From Acidobacteriota bacterium (GTDB taxonomy: Bacteria; Acidobacteriota; UBA890; WLXD01), in assembly GCA_963666215.2 (NCBI GenBank), contig CAXWPL010000002.1, positions 703,326 to 767,325 of the forward strand: DNA of 64,000 bases, written 5' to 3'. Both the position numbers and the translations under genes were made by a program. The notes beneath the pieces were generated by a model. It saw only the letters and a program-made list of their open reading frames with translations, made no database searches and was not told where the DNA came from. This document shows positions 9,654 to 19,562 of this stretch, in pieces. Each line of letters begins with the position of its first letter. Within the stretch, counting starts at the first letter, position 1.

Positions 9654-10696
9654 TGTGTTTTCTAAGTAGGTTGTTCACATCGGGGCTCACTTCTGAGATC
9701 AATGGGGTTGTTCAAAAGACTCCACGACCTCAGAAGGAGCGCCCGATGCAGCTGCATGGTAACGCCCGCACGACGCCGTATATACGCCGAGAGATGGTCC
9801 GCCGAGTCCGGGAGCGGGCGGAGCCCGTGACGGAAACGGCGGCGGCGCTCGGCGTGTCGGCTCGAACGGTTTACAAGTGGCTGGATAGATACGAGCGAGA
9901 AGGTGAGGCCGGGCTGCTCGATCGATCAAGCCGGCCGACGTGCTGTCCGCACGCAACAAGCGCTGGAGTTGTGAGGCAGATCGACAAGCTACGTCGGCGG
10001 CGACTGACGGCCTGGCAGATCAGCCGAAGGTTGGCTGTGCCGCGCTCGACCGTCTCGGCGTGGCTGAAGCGGCTCGGACTCGCCAAGCTTGATGCGCTCG
10101 AGCCCAAGCCCGAGATCGTTCGCTACGAGTACGAGCACCCCGGTGACCTACTGCACCTGGATACGAAGAAACTGGCCCGTATCCGGCGACCTGGACACCG
10201 CATCCACGGCGACCGCTCCAAGCGGGCCTACGGCGTCGGCTGGGAGAACGCCCACGTCGCTATCGACGATCACTCTCGGGTGGCGTACGTCGAAGTGCTG
10301 CCCGCCGAAGACCAACACACCTGCACAGCGTTCCTGCAGCGAGCCGTCGAGCACTTCGCTTCGATGGGAGTAGCGGTGCGCCGAGTGATGACAGACAACG
10401 GGCCTGGCTACGTCTCGAAGCGCTTCAATCGCCTATGCCATCAACTCGAGATCCGGCACATTTACACCCGGCCCTACACCCCCAGAACCAACGGCAAAGC
10501 CGAACGCTTCATCCGCACACTCAAGGAGCAGTGGGCCTACGGCACCTGCTACCAGACCTCAGCTCGACGTACTCGAGCTCTACGGCCCTGGCTCAACCAC
10601 TACAATCGTCACCGTCCCCACGCCGGCATCGGCATGACACCGCCGATCGCTCGGCTCTCAGGGGTGAGTTCGTGAACAACCTACCTAGAACTCACA
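9654..10696 (+). mobile_element. IS481-family insertion sequence
   Basis: 25-bp terminal IRs TGTGTTTTCTAAGTAGGTTGTTCAC / GTGAACAACCTACCTAGAACTCACA (3 mismatches); flanks ACTAGG and TCTAGG (NCTAGN-type target). Confidence 0.92.
9746..10675 (+). CDS. IS481-family transposase
   Basis: MQLHGNARTTP, HTH, PGDLLHLDTKKL, IDDHSR, TDNG, TNGKAERF, YNRHRPH. Confidence 0.95.
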   Translation: MQLHGNARTTPYIRREMVRRVRERAEPVTETAAALGVSARTVYKWLDRYEREGEAGLLDRSSRPTCCPHATSAGVVRQIDKLRRRRLTAWQISRRLAVPRSTVSAWLKRLGLAKLDALEPKPEIVRYEYEHPGDLLHLDTKKLARIRRPGHRIHGDRSKRAYGVGWENAHVAIDDHSRVAYVEVLPAEDQHTCTAFLQRAVEHFASMGVAVRRVMTDNGPGYVSKRFNRLCHQLEIRHIYTRPYTPRTNGKAERFIRTLKEQWAYGTCYQTSARRTRALRPWLNHYNRHRPHAGIGMTPPIARLSGVSS

Positions 10697-10790
10697 TCTA
10701 GGTGGGCAAGACGAGAGCCTGGGCGCCGCCGCTCAGGCTTCTGCTTGATGGGCGAACGTGTTGGATCGGTCCAGAAAACAGGGAGATCGT

Positions 10791-11588
10791 GTGTCCTCAT
10801 CGTTAGCGATCACATCACCCACCCCGCGCCAGTCGGCTGAGCCGAGCACCTGGTTCGTGCCGCTCGCGGCGCTGGCCACGATCGCCGGCCTGTACGCCGC
10901 CCTCATCTACTCCCCTGCCGATCGAGTAGAGCGCGACGTCATGCGACTTCTGTACGTTCACGTGCCAGCCGCGTTCTCCATGCACATCGCCTACGGCCTC
11001 TGTTTCATGGCGAGTGTGATGTACCTGTGGCGGCGCAACGAGAGGTGGAATCAGGTGGCTCTGGTAGGCGCCGAGGTGGCGACGATGTTCTGCACCGTCG
11101 TGCTGCTCACCGGCCCGGTGTGGGCAAAGGTCTCGTGGGGCACGTGGTGGGTTTGGGACGCGCGCCTCACGAGCACACTGCTGCTGTGGCTCATCTTCGT
11201 CGGCTACCTGATGCTACGTAGCTACGGCGGCCAGGGCGGCCAGCTCCGGGGAGGCGTCGACGGTGAGCGCGTCGCTCGTCACGCCGCGGTGCTCGCCATC
11301 GTGGGCTTCGCCGACGTGCCGATCGTGCACTATTCCGCCCGCTGGTTCCGGACCCTGCATCCGCAGGCAAAGATCCTGACGGAAGGAAGCCCTGGTCAGG
11401 GGCTCAACATGTCGATGCTCGGCGCGTTCTCGGTGTGCATGATGGCGTCGCTGCTGCTCTTCGGCGCGCTGGTGACCACTCGTCTTCGGCTCGAGCGGGC
11501 CCAGCTGCGCCTCGACGCCCTGGAGATCGCGCAGGCGCGACGGCCGCCGCCGATGACGCGGCCGCTGCCGCGGGACAGCGCTCTATGA
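10791..11588 (+). CDS. ccmC: Heme transporter CcmC
   Basis: YVHVP, TGPVWAKVSWGTWWVWDARLTS (WWD domain), WFRTLHP. Confidence 0.95.
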   Translation: MSSSLAITSPTPRQSAEPSTWFVPLAALATIAGLYAALIYSPADRVERDVMRLLYVHVPAAFSMHIAYGLCFMASVMYLWRRNERWNQVALVGAEVATMFCTVVLLTGPVWAKVSWGTWWVWDARLTSTLLLWLIFVGYLMLRSYGGQGGQLRGGVDGERVARHAAVLAIVGFADVPIVHYSARWFRTLHPQAKILTEGSPGQGLNMSMLGAFSVCMMASLLLFGALVTTRLRLERAQLRLDALEIAQARRPPPMTRPLPRDSAL

Positions 11589-11740
11589 GCCCGCTTAAGG
11601 CACTGTTCGCGGGGTTCGCGCTGGCGTGGGTTGTCGTGTGGGGCTACATCTGGATCGTCGGTCGTAGGGCGAGCGCCATCGAGCGACGACTCCAGGTCCT
11701 CGAGCGGGCGAGCGACCAGCAGGACGAGCACGACCGCTGA
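11585..11740 (+). CDS. ccmD: CcmD-family small membrane protein
   Basis: 51 aa MSPLKALFAGFALAWVVVWGYIWIVGRRASAIERRLQVLE..., one TM plus charged tail; ATGA overlap with ccmC stop. Confidence 0.8.
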   Translation: MSPLKALFAGFALAWVVVWGYIWIVGRRASAIERRLQVLERASDQQDEHDR

Positions 11741-11809
11741 GCTGGGCACGACTGAGCGGTCGGATCGCCTCATCAGCGGATTGTCGGACGCCGATTCCCG
11801 CGGCATGGA

Positions 11810-13051
11810 TCAGCGCAGGGAGGTCCGACCGCCGGCGATTTGCGAAAGGAATGACTCGCCCATCGTTCCTCCTTCGACGCCAAAATTATCGAGCAGCGTG
11901 CTGCCAACGTCGGCGAAGCTCTGGCGGTCGCCGAGGTCGACCGGCTCCACACCGGGCCCAACCACCAGAAGCGGGACGCGCTCGCGTGTGTGGTCCGTCC
12001 CGGGGTAGGTCGGATCGTTGCCGTGGTCTGCGGTGAGTATCAGACACGCATCGTCAGTCAGGGCGTCGAGCAGCCGCGGCAGGGATTCGTCGAGCCGCTC
12101 GAGGGCTGTAGCGTAGCCGTGAGGGTCGTTCCGGTGCCCGTAGAGCGTGTCGAAATCCACGAGGTTGGTGAAAATCAGCTGCGCACGGCCATCCAGTAGC
12201 GCCTGCCGAGTGGCGTCGATACCAGCTTCGTTGTCGCCGGTCTTGATACTGGCGCCAATTCCCTGCCCGGCGAAGATGTCGAAAATTTTGCCCACGGCGA
12301 GCGTCTCGATCCCGGCCGCGTGCAGCCGGTCGAGCGCCGTCCGCCCAGGAGGCGGCAGCGAAAAATCACGCCGCCGCGAGGTGCGCTCGAAGCCGCCCTT
12401 CGGGTCGCCGGTGAACGGGCGGGCGATCACCCGCCCCACGCCGTGCTCGCCCTGCAACAGATCGCGAGTCTGCTGGCAGATCGCGTACAGCTGTTCGAGC
12501 GCAAACACCTCCTCGTGGGCCGCAATCTGAAACACACTATCGGCCGAGGTGTACACAATCAGCTTGCCGCTGGCGACGTGCTCGGCCCCGAGTCGGTCGA
12601 TGATCTCGACTCCCGAAGCGGCGACGTTGCCGAGCACGCCACGGCCCACCCGACGTTCGAAGGTTGCGATGAGCTGGTCGGGAAAACCGTCGGGATAGGT
12701 TGGCAGCGCGCCCTCGGCCATGACACCCATCAGCTCCCAGTGGCCCGCCGTTGTGTCCTTGGCCGGTGCAACTTCGGTCATCCGTCCCCACGCCGCCTGC
12801 GGCCTGGCGTGGTCGCGAGCGAAGCCAGCTTCGTCTGAACCGCCCGAGCCAGCCAACCGCAGAGCTGGTACTCCGGGAATCCTGTCGAGTCCGAGGCGTG
12901 CCAGATTCGGCAGCGCGGGTTGCGCCGTCTCGATGACGTGCGCCAGCGTGTTGGCGCCGTGATCGCCGAACGCGGCGGCGTCGGGTGCGTTCCCGCAGCC
13001 CACGCTGTCGCAAACAACCACCGCGATACGCTCGAAACGGTGCGCGCTCAT
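11810..13051 (-). CDS. deoB: Phosphopentomutase
   Basis: DSVGCGNAPDA..D.GANTL, KDTTAGHWE, YTSADSVFQIAAHE, RVIARPF, NLVDFDTLYGHRND, TADHGNDP, DHTRE. Confidence 0.95.
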   Translation of the reverse strand: MSAHRFERIAVVVCDSVGCGNAPDAAAFGDHGANTLAHVIETAQPALPNLARLGLDRIPGVPALRLAGSGGSDEAGFARDHARPQAAWGRMTEVAPAKDTTAGHWELMGVMAEGALPTYPDGFPDQLIATFERRVGRGVLGNVAASGVEIIDRLGAEHVASGKLIVYTSADSVFQIAAHEEVFALEQLYAICQQTRDLLQGEHGVGRVIARPFTGDPKGGFERTSRRRDFSLPPPGRTALDRLHAAGIETLAVGKIFDIFAGQGIGASIKTGDNEAGIDATRQALLDGRAQLIFTNLVDFDTLYGHRNDPHGYATALERLDESLPRLLDALTDDACLILTADHGNDPTYPGTDHTRERVPLLVVGPGVEPVDLGDRQSFADVGSTLLDNFGVEGGTMGESFLSQIAGGRTSLR

Positions 13052-13203
13052 CGCCCACCTCGGGAGGCTCGTCGGCCAAGCAACCGCATCGTGCTGCGCG
13101 TTGTGCTTTGCGCCTGGCACCATCGGACCTGACGGCTAGCACTCGGCCGCGATCTCGCGGTGTTCACGCTGAGGCGGTCGGCGAGCGTTGGGCGGCGCTG
13201 CGA

Positions 13204-14013
13204 CTACCCGCTGTCGCCGCCGGCCCCACCGCCATCGAGATTCTCGAGGTCGACCGGTCTGAGGCCGAGCTCCGCCGCGAGCTCCTCGATGCGAACACGA
13301 GCACGCGCTGCATGCGATGTATTGGCGTGTTCCACGGAAATCTGCTGGTACGCAAGCATCGCTGCTTGCAGGTCGCCGGCCGTCTCGAACGCCCGCGCCT
13401 TTGCCGCCAAGGCCTCCTCGGTTGGCACCCCGGTGGCACCATCCCGCGACAGCCGATCGAACAGAGCCAGCGCCTCGTCGACGCGATCGGTCCGTGCGTA
13501 CAGCTGGCCGAGCCGATAGGTAGCTACGGAACGCACCAGCGGCACCGAGGCGTTGGTGAGCCCATCGAGCACGGCGATGGCTTCATCGTCGCGCCCCTGT
13601 TCGGCCAACGTCGAGCCGCGATAGAACGTGGCGACCTGTCCCGACGGGTAGCGCCCGTACTCCGCCGAGACTTCCTCGAAAGCGGTTACCGCCGCCGCAA
13701 GGCGATCCTCGTCGGTCTTGAAGCGGACATCGCTGAGCGCGGTATCGTCGGGCGCAGCCGTTCCAACCGGCGCGGCGTACAGCCTCAGCGCCTGAGCCAA
13801 CGCTGCGGCGGCTTTCCCCTCTTGGCGTTGCCGATAGTTGAGGAAGCCCACAAGAAGTGAAGCTGCCGCGACAACGATCAGCGCGATGAGGCCGAGACGG
13901 CGGCGGCGCTGAAGCATCCAGGAGGCGAATCGAGAGGCGCCGCTCGCGAACTTGTCCTGGTCCTTCAGATCCTTCCGCGAGAAGCTCTTGGGACGTGAGA
14001 TCGTCTTGACCAT
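13204..14013 (-). CDS. Membrane-anchored TPR protein (YfgM-like)
   Basis: Basic N-terminus (SRKDLKDQDKF), single TM, TPR-like helical repeats. Confidence 0.7.
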   Translation of the reverse strand: MVKTISRPKSFSRKDLKDQDKFASGASRFASWMLQRRRRLGLIALIVVAAASLLVGFLNYRQRQEGKAAAALAQALRLYAAPVGTAAPDDTALSDVRFKTDEDRLAAAVTAFEEVSAEYGRYPSGQVATFYRGSTLAEQGRDDEAIAVLDGLTNASVPLVRSVATYRLGQLYARTDRVDEALALFDRLSRDGATGVPTEEALAAKARAFETAGDLQAAMLAYQQISVEHANTSHAARARVRIEELAAELGLRPVDLENLDGGGAGGDSG

Positions 14014-14132
14014 CGGGCGATTCTAGCAGGTCAACTGAGCGCCAATCGGCGCGTTCGAGCCTCGTGCACGGGCCTGCGCGCAAGCTGCTTCCAAGCTCGG
14101 CCTGTTGCCCGTCCGCACGACGCGGCCGGCCG

Positions 14133-14585
14133 TCATTCGGGTTGATCCGTTGCGCTGGAAATCGCGTCCGGACCCTCGATCCAGTGTGCCCCGGCCTCGC
14201 CGAATTCCTTCTTCCAAATGGGCACGCTCGTCTTGAGGCGATCGATCAGCTGTTCGCAGGCGCGAAACGCCGCCGCCCGGTGCGCCGACGACACCGCCAT
14301 CGCAACCGACACCTCACCAATTTCCAGTCGACCGAAGCGATGTGCCACCGCGATTCGCGTGATGTCCTCCTGGGCCAGCAGCTCCTGTGCGAGCCGACGA
14401 AGCTGGCGTTCGACCATCGGCGCGTACGCCTCGTACTCCAGATAACGCACCACGCGACCCAGGTGGTGATCGCGCACAGTGCCTTCGAACGTGACGATAG
14501 CGCCGGCCTTGGCGATGGCCACCAACGGACGCAGCGCCGCCGCCGAGATCGGATCGCTGGTCACGCGCACGGTGAGGTCAGACAT
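14133..14585 (-). CDS. moaE: Molybdopterin synthase catalytic subunit
   Basis: GAIVTFEGTVR, LEYEAY, HRFGRL, SSAHR, LKTSVPIWKKE. Confidence 0.95.
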   Translation of the reverse strand: MSDLTVRVTSDPISAAALRPLVAIAKAGAIVTFEGTVRDHHLGRVVRYLEYEAYAPMVERQLRRLAQELLAQEDITRIAVAHRFGRLEIGEVSVAMAVSSAHRAAAFRACEQLIDRLKTSVPIWKKEFGEAGAHWIEGPDAISSATDQPE

Positions 14586-14886
14586 CGGCCGACAGCCAGC
14601 GAGCCCGCTCGGCATCTACTCTTGCGCGAGGGTGGTCGCCCACTCCACCGCTGACGGGCGGAATCAACGCCACAATATCGCCCGCCTCGAGCCCGCAATC
14701 GCCGTCGGCGTACTCCTCGTTGACGGCAATCATCAGCCGCCCACGCAGCTCGGCGGCAGCCGGGAATCTCCGTTCGAGCTCGTCGAGCGCCGATGTCGCG
14801 GTGGCGCCTGGCGCCAACGTGAGCTCGAGGCGCTGCGTCCCGCAGATCTCGCGTAGCCGTGCGAACAGAAGCAGCTCGATGGTCAT
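14578..14886 (-). CDS. moaD: Molybdopterin synthase sulfur carrier with C-terminal extension
   Basis: LFARLRE, AVNEEY, GDIVALIPPVSGG followed by 21 extra residues. Confidence 0.9.
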   Translation of the reverse strand: MTIELLLFARLREICGTQRLELTLAPGATATSALDELERRFPAAAELRGRLMIAVNEEYADGDCGLEAGDIVALIPPVSGGVGDHPRARVDAERARWLSADV

Positions 14887-14905
14887 GCGGTGTTGGTCCC
14901 GGCTC

Positions 14906-15910
14906 TCAGCCGCCGATCGCCGACATCGTCCGCTTCGGGCGAACGAAGGTCGGGCTGTTGATCAGGTGCCCGGGCTCCTTGCGACGCCAGGCGCCGGCGA
15001 TCAGGTCCTCGACGTCGGCGTCTCTCGCGCCGCTGCGCATCGGCGTCTTGAGGTCCACTTCTTCATGAGCAAACAGGCAGGTGAGCAACTTACCGTCGGC
15101 GGTGAGGCGAGCGCGGTTGCAAGCGCCGCAGAACGGTCGCGTGACCGGCGCGATGATGCCGATCTCTCCTCGTCCGTCGGCAAACCGGAAACGCTCGGCG
15201 GTCTCCGCGTTGTGGGTCGGGTCCAGCGGAACGAGCTCGCGCCACGCGCTCAGCGCCTGTCGCACCTCGGCGCCGGGCACCAGTAGCTTTCGGCTCCATA
15301 CGTCGCCGGCCTCGAGGGGCATGAATTCGATAAAGCGCACGATCGCCCCGGTTCGTCGAGCAAAGCGCCCAAAGTCGACGAACTCGTCGTCGTTGAAGCC
15401 ACGCATCGTCACGACGTTGACCTTGACCGGGCTCAGGCCGCTCGCCTGTGCTAGATGGATGCCCTCGAGCACGGTATCGAGCCCCGTGCGTTGAGTCATA
15501 CGGCGGAAACGATCGCTTCGCAGCGTGTCGAGGCTGATGTTGATCCGCCGCAGCCCCGCCGCCACAAGCCCGTCGAGCTGGTCCCTGAGCCGCGTGGCAT
15601 TGGTCGTCAGCGCGATGTCGCGAATCTGCGGCCGCGCGGCGATCTTCGCGACCAAGCGATCGAGCTGGCGACGAAGAAGCGGCTCGCCGCCGGTCAGACG
15701 GATCTTCGTCACTCCGAGGCGCACGAAGCAGCCGACCAGTCGATCCATCTCCTCGAAGCTGAGCAGCTCGTGACGCGGCTGGAACTCTGGCGTCTCCTCC
15801 GGAATGCAGTAGACGCACCTCAGGTTGCAGCGGTCGGTGACCGACAGCCGTAGGTCGCCGATCGGTCGGCCAAAGCCATCGCGGAGCCTGGAGGCAGCTG
15901 TCATGACCAT
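14906..15910 (-). CDS. moaA: GTP 3',8-cyclase (radical SAM)
   Basis: LRLSVTDRCNLRCVYC, TGGEP, RFIEFMP, FCGACNRARLTADG..CLF, C-terminal MSAIGG. Confidence 0.97.
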   Translation of the reverse strand: MVMTAASRLRDGFGRPIGDLRLSVTDRCNLRCVYCIPEETPEFQPRHELLSFEEMDRLVGCFVRLGVTKIRLTGGEPLLRRQLDRLVAKIAARPQIRDIALTTNATRLRDQLDGLVAAGLRRINISLDTLRSDRFRRMTQRTGLDTVLEGIHLAQASGLSPVKVNVVTMRGFNDDEFVDFGRFARRTGAIVRFIEFMPLEAGDVWSRKLLVPGAEVRQALSAWRELVPLDPTHNAETAERFRFADGRGEIGIIAPVTRPFCGACNRARLTADGKLLTCLFAHEEVDLKTPMRSGARDADVEDLIAGAWRRKEPGHLINSPTFVRPKRTMSAIGG

Positions 15911-16147
15911 CGCATGTCCATCGAAGCCGTCGCCTTCGCTTCAGACCATCAGACGCGATCTGCGCAGAGCGTCTGAACACGAGGCCGAGGGCGCCGGCAC
16001 CCCGGGTCCCACGGAATCTCTGTGCCCGACACCGGTGTCTTTCGGGCCGCGCCCGACGGCGACATGATACCCTCACACGCCGCCGAGCGGACGACCACGC
16101 GTCGATGCCGCACCCCCGCACCCGCAGCCAGCGCCGGAAGACACGAG

Positions 16148-16609
16148 ATGCCGCGTCCGCGAGCCCACTTCTGGCTGCTCGTGGGTGCCATCGCTGGGCT
16201 CATCGTCGGCGCGGTTGGCAGTGCGTGGACGCCTGCCGCGGCCTCTTCGCCGCCGAGGGCCCTGCGGCTCGGGCTGTCCTGGCTTCTCGGCCTGCTGGTC
16301 TTCTGGGGCTGTGCGGCGCTCTATTTTCGCTCCAACTGGGCCGTCGCTGTCGACGCCTTGCGACACGGGGAAACGCTCCGACGGAAGGCGGCCGAACGAC
16401 TCGAAGCCAGCGTCCTCGACGGCCAGCGCTGGACCGTCACGCTGCGCGACAACCTCGAGGAGGTTCATGCCGACTCCTTGCCGAGTCGCCAGCGCCTCTA
16501 CCTCGACGGAGCTCGCGCGCACGCCGACAAACTCGTCGAGGTCTTCGAACGATGCGCCGCCGTGAGCGACCGGCTGCGCGACTGCCAGGGTGAGCAGAGG
16601 CCGAAATGA
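16148..16609 (+). CDS. Hypothetical two-TM protein with helical C-terminus
   Basis: Two hydrophobic segments, then amphipathic helix; abuts NUDIX gene. Confidence 0.55.
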   Translation: MPRPRAHFWLLVGAIAGLIVGAVGSAWTPAAASSPPRALRLGLSWLLGLLVFWGCAALYFRSNWAVAVDALRHGETLRRKAAERLEASVLDGQRWTVTLRDNLEEVHADSLPSRQRLYLDGARAHADKLVEVFERCAAVSDRLRDCQGEQRPK

Positions 16610-17108
16610 CCCCGAGTCGAGCGTGGGGGCCGCGCGATTGAGCGAATCGTCAGCCGCGCCCGCCGGTGGCAGTGACCGCATAGGAGACCGCAGCAATACG
16701 ACTCGCTCGACCTCGGTGGTTGCTGCCGTGATCGAACGCGAAGGCAAGGTACTGCTGTGCCAACGTGCCGACGCGGCGTCGTCGGGACTCTGGGAATTTC
16801 CGGGTGGCAAGCTGCTCCCCGGCGAGGAGCCCGAAGCTGCCCTGCGACGCGAGCTCCGCGAGGAGCTCGGCTCGGAGGCGGTCGTCGGTGCGCTGCTGAC
16901 GGAGCGCGCGCACCGCGACCCCGACGGCACGTTGTGGGTGCGGTTCTATGCGGCCCGCCTCGAGGATGAGCCTCAGGCGCTGGTGCATCGGGGGCTTGTC
17001 TGGGCGCGGCGCTCTCAGATGACCGACTTCGACATGCCACCGGTCGACGCCGCCGCGTTGCCCGAGATCATCGCGCGCTTGGAAAGCGGTGAACTCGACT
17101 TCCACTGA
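16590..17108 (+). CDS. MutT/NudG-like NUDIX hydrolase (start uncertain)
   Basis: [33 protein letters not shown] Nudix box. Confidence 0.9.
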   Translation: MSRGRNDPESSVGAARLSESSAAPAGGSDRIGDRSNTTRSTSVVAAVIEREGKVLLCQRADAASSGLWEFPGGKLLPGEEPEAALRRELREELGSEAVVGALLTERAHRDPDGTLWVRFYAARLEDEPQALVHRGLVWARRSQMTDFDMPPVDAAALPEIIARLESGELDFH

Positions 17109-17260
17109 ACGTGTGGAAGACGGTGTTGAAAAGTGTTCGAGAAACTCTTCCGACGCCACGCAGCGGCGGCCAGCTGCAGGTTGAAGCACATTGCACCATC
17201 GGCGGTGCAGTTGAGCTGTCGTCGCCGAGGCATCCGTGCCTCAAAGCCACGAAGCGTCCC

Positions 17261-18373
17261 TCACCTGCCGTTCCATATCCGCCAGCGATCGACCACCTGC
17301 TCGCCTCGAACGACGGTGCACTCCGGAAAAGCGGCGGCCGAGGGGCACGAGTGGTTGGGCAGCAAGCGCAAGCGGTTTCCCACAGGCAGCGGCCGCGAAA
17401 GCTTGCCGTGCTCCTGACTGAGGGAGGTGAGCCGAAGCTCCGGATGCAGACGCCCGGCCTGGTAGTCCTCATGAGTGGCAAACAGCTCGGCCATCGTCGA
17501 GGCCTGCCCCGATGTAGCGGAGCTCAGAGAGCAGCGTTCCTTCGACAAGGCCAACGCGCCCGCGTCGACAATGGCGTGATCACGCAGACGCGACACGACG
17601 CTGGTCAGCACCGTCAGGGCACAGTCGGCCACGCCACAGCTACCCAGCTGCACCTGCATCATGTCGTAGAACGCGTAGTTGCCGGGCCGCGCCTCGGTGA
17701 CACCGTCGAGTCTCTCGACCTGGGCCATCGAGGGCGTTGACCCGACGCTGATCTCGGAGACCTCGTGGCTCGCGGAACGCAGCCGCTCGCCAAGTTCGAC
17801 CATGCAGGCACGCTCCTCCTCGGCGGCGGCGGCGGCGGCGCTCGGGTGGGTGGCGTCGTAGGCGTGGCCGGAGTGCGACAGCAACCCGGCGAAGTCCATC
17901 CCGGCGCCCTTGATCTCGCCAGCAAGGAGCTCCGCGGTGCTGCTGAGCGGGTCGACGCCGGCACGGTGATATCCACAGTCGACCTTGATCCAGACGCGGA
18001 ACGGGTGCCCCTCGTTGGCCAACGCTGCAACCGCCTCGTGAGAATCCACCACGACGCCCAGGCGCACGCGATCGGCCAACTCGCGCGCCTCGCCAGCGCG
18101 GCTAAGAATCAGCGGAAATGCCCAGGTGATGTCGTCGAAGCCGGCGTCGGCGAAGGACTTCGCTTCGTAGAGCGTCGAGGCGGTAATGCCCCTCGCGCCC
18201 GCGTCGAGCTGCAGGCGCCCGATCTCATGACACTTGTGGGTTTTGATATGAGGCCGGAGCGCCACACCGAGATCACGGCATCGCTCGGCCATCGCGGCGA
18301 TATTTGCCTCGAGCACGTCGAGGTCGACAACAAGGGCGGGCGTGGCGATCTCGGCGAGCGTCCGTGGCAGCAT
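17261..18373 (-). CDS. PLP-dependent fold-III enzyme (D-threonine aldolase/D-serine dehydratase DSD1 family)
   Basis: TPALVVD, LRPHIKTHK, GYHRAG, HSGHAY, GSTP, EARPGNY, SQEHG, PNHSC. Confidence 0.9.
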   Translation of the reverse strand: MLPRTLAEIATPALVVDLDVLEANIAAMAERCRDLGVALRPHIKTHKCHEIGRLQLDAGARGITASTLYEAKSFADAGFDDITWAFPLILSRAGEARELADRVRLGVVVDSHEAVAALANEGHPFRVWIKVDCGYHRAGVDPLSSTAELLAGEIKGAGMDFAGLLSHSGHAYDATHPSAAAAAAEEERACMVELGERLRSASHEVSEISVGSTPSMAQVERLDGVTEARPGNYAFYDMMQVQLGSCGVADCALTVLTSVVSRLRDHAIVDAGALALSKERCSLSSATSGQASTMAELFATHEDYQAGRLHPELRLTSLSQEHGKLSRPLPVGNRLRLLPNHSCPSAAAFPECTVVRGEQVVDRWRIWNGR

Positions 18374-18398
18374 GGGGCGACTCCAACTCTTGGGTGCC

Positions 18399-19562
18399 GT
18401 GGGGAGAACCGCGAACATACTGCATTTCGATCTGGACGCCTTCTATCCGAGCGTCGAGATGCTCGACGATCCGGATCTGCGCGGCCGGCCGGTGATCGTC
18501 GGCGGCCTCGGTAATCGAGGCGTGGTGGCGTCGGCCTCGTACGAGGCTAGGCAGCACGGTGTGCACTCGGCCATGCCAATGGCCAGAGCGCGGCGCCTGT
18601 GCCGCGACGGTGTCTATGTGGCGCCGCGCCTCAAGCGCTACCGTGAGCTCTCCAGTGCAGTCTTCGCCGTCTACCGCCGCTGGAGTGAACGGCTCGAGCC
18701 GCTGTCGCTCGATGAGGCCTATGTCGACGTCTCTGAGCGCTGTGCTGAGCACGATGCGGATGTCGGAGGTCAGCGCGACAGGGGACGCGAGCCGCAGGCC
18801 GTGTCGATCGCCCATGAGGTCAAGCAAGCTGTGCTCCGCGAGACGGGCCTCACCGTGTCGGCCGGTGTTTCGTACAACAAGTTTCTCGCCAAGTTGGCGT
18901 CGGCTCACGACAAGCCCGACGGACTCACCTACATCGACGCCTCGATGGCGCGGCGGTTCCTCGCACCGTTGCCGCCGCGCAAGCTCTGGGGCGTGGGCCC
19001 CGCCACCGCGCAGCGCCTGGCGGATGCCGGCTACGCCACCATCGGCGACATCGCGGCCGCCGAGGAGGATCATCTGGTGGCGCTCGTCGGTAAGCTCGGT
19101 CACCGGATCCGACGATTCGCCGTCGGAGAGGACGACCGCGTGGTTCGCCCGCCGGGTAACCCGAAGTCGATATCGGGCGAAACGACGTTCGACGACGACA
19201 TCGTCAGTTGGGAACAGGCCGCCCCGCACATCAGGCGTTTCGCAGCCAGCATCGAGCGCAGCCTGACCCGCCGCGACCTGATCGCGCGCACAGTCGTACT
19301 GAAGATCCGCTATCAGGACTTTCGCACCATCACGCGATCGGGCACGCCCGGCGAGCCACTGGCGCGCGCGGAAGAGGTCCTGGCGGTCGCCCGACGCCTC
19401 GCCACCGGCGTCGAGCTGTCGAAGCAACGACGCATCCGCCTCGTGGGTCTGGGCGTCTCCAACATCATGACGCGTGCCCGAGCGGCCGAGTTGAGCGCCG
19501 CCAAGCCGCCGGACTCACCACAGCTCGAGCTGTTCGACGGGCCGTCGCCGCCAAATCGCTGA
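18399..19562 (+). CDS. dinB: DNA polymerase IV
   Basis: HFDLDAFYPSVE, ASYEAR, SLDEAYVD, NKFLAKLAS..DKPDG, KSISGETTF, IRLVGL. Confidence 0.95.
   Translation: MGRTANILHFDLDAFYPSVEMLDDPDLRGRPVIVGGLGNRGVVASASYEARQHGVHSAMPMARARRLCRDGVYVAPRLKRYRELSSAVFAVYRRWSERLEPLSLDEAYVDVSERCAEHDADVGGQRDRGREPQAVSIAHEVKQAVLRETGLTVSAGVSYNKFLAKLASAHDKPDGLTYIDASMARRFLAPLPPRKLWGVGPATAQRLADAGYATIGDIAAAEEDHLVALVGKLGHRIRRFAVGEDDRVVRPPGNPKSISGETTFDDDIVSWEQAAPHIRRFAASIERSLTRRDLIARTVVLKIRYQDFRTITRSGTPGEPLARAEEVLAVARRLATGVELSKQRRIRLVGLGVSNIMTRARAAELSAAKPPDSPQLELFDGPSPPNR

Noticed and set aside
18373-18399. LexA/SOS box upstream of dinB
   Set aside because: No recognisable palindrome in the ~25-bp divergent gap
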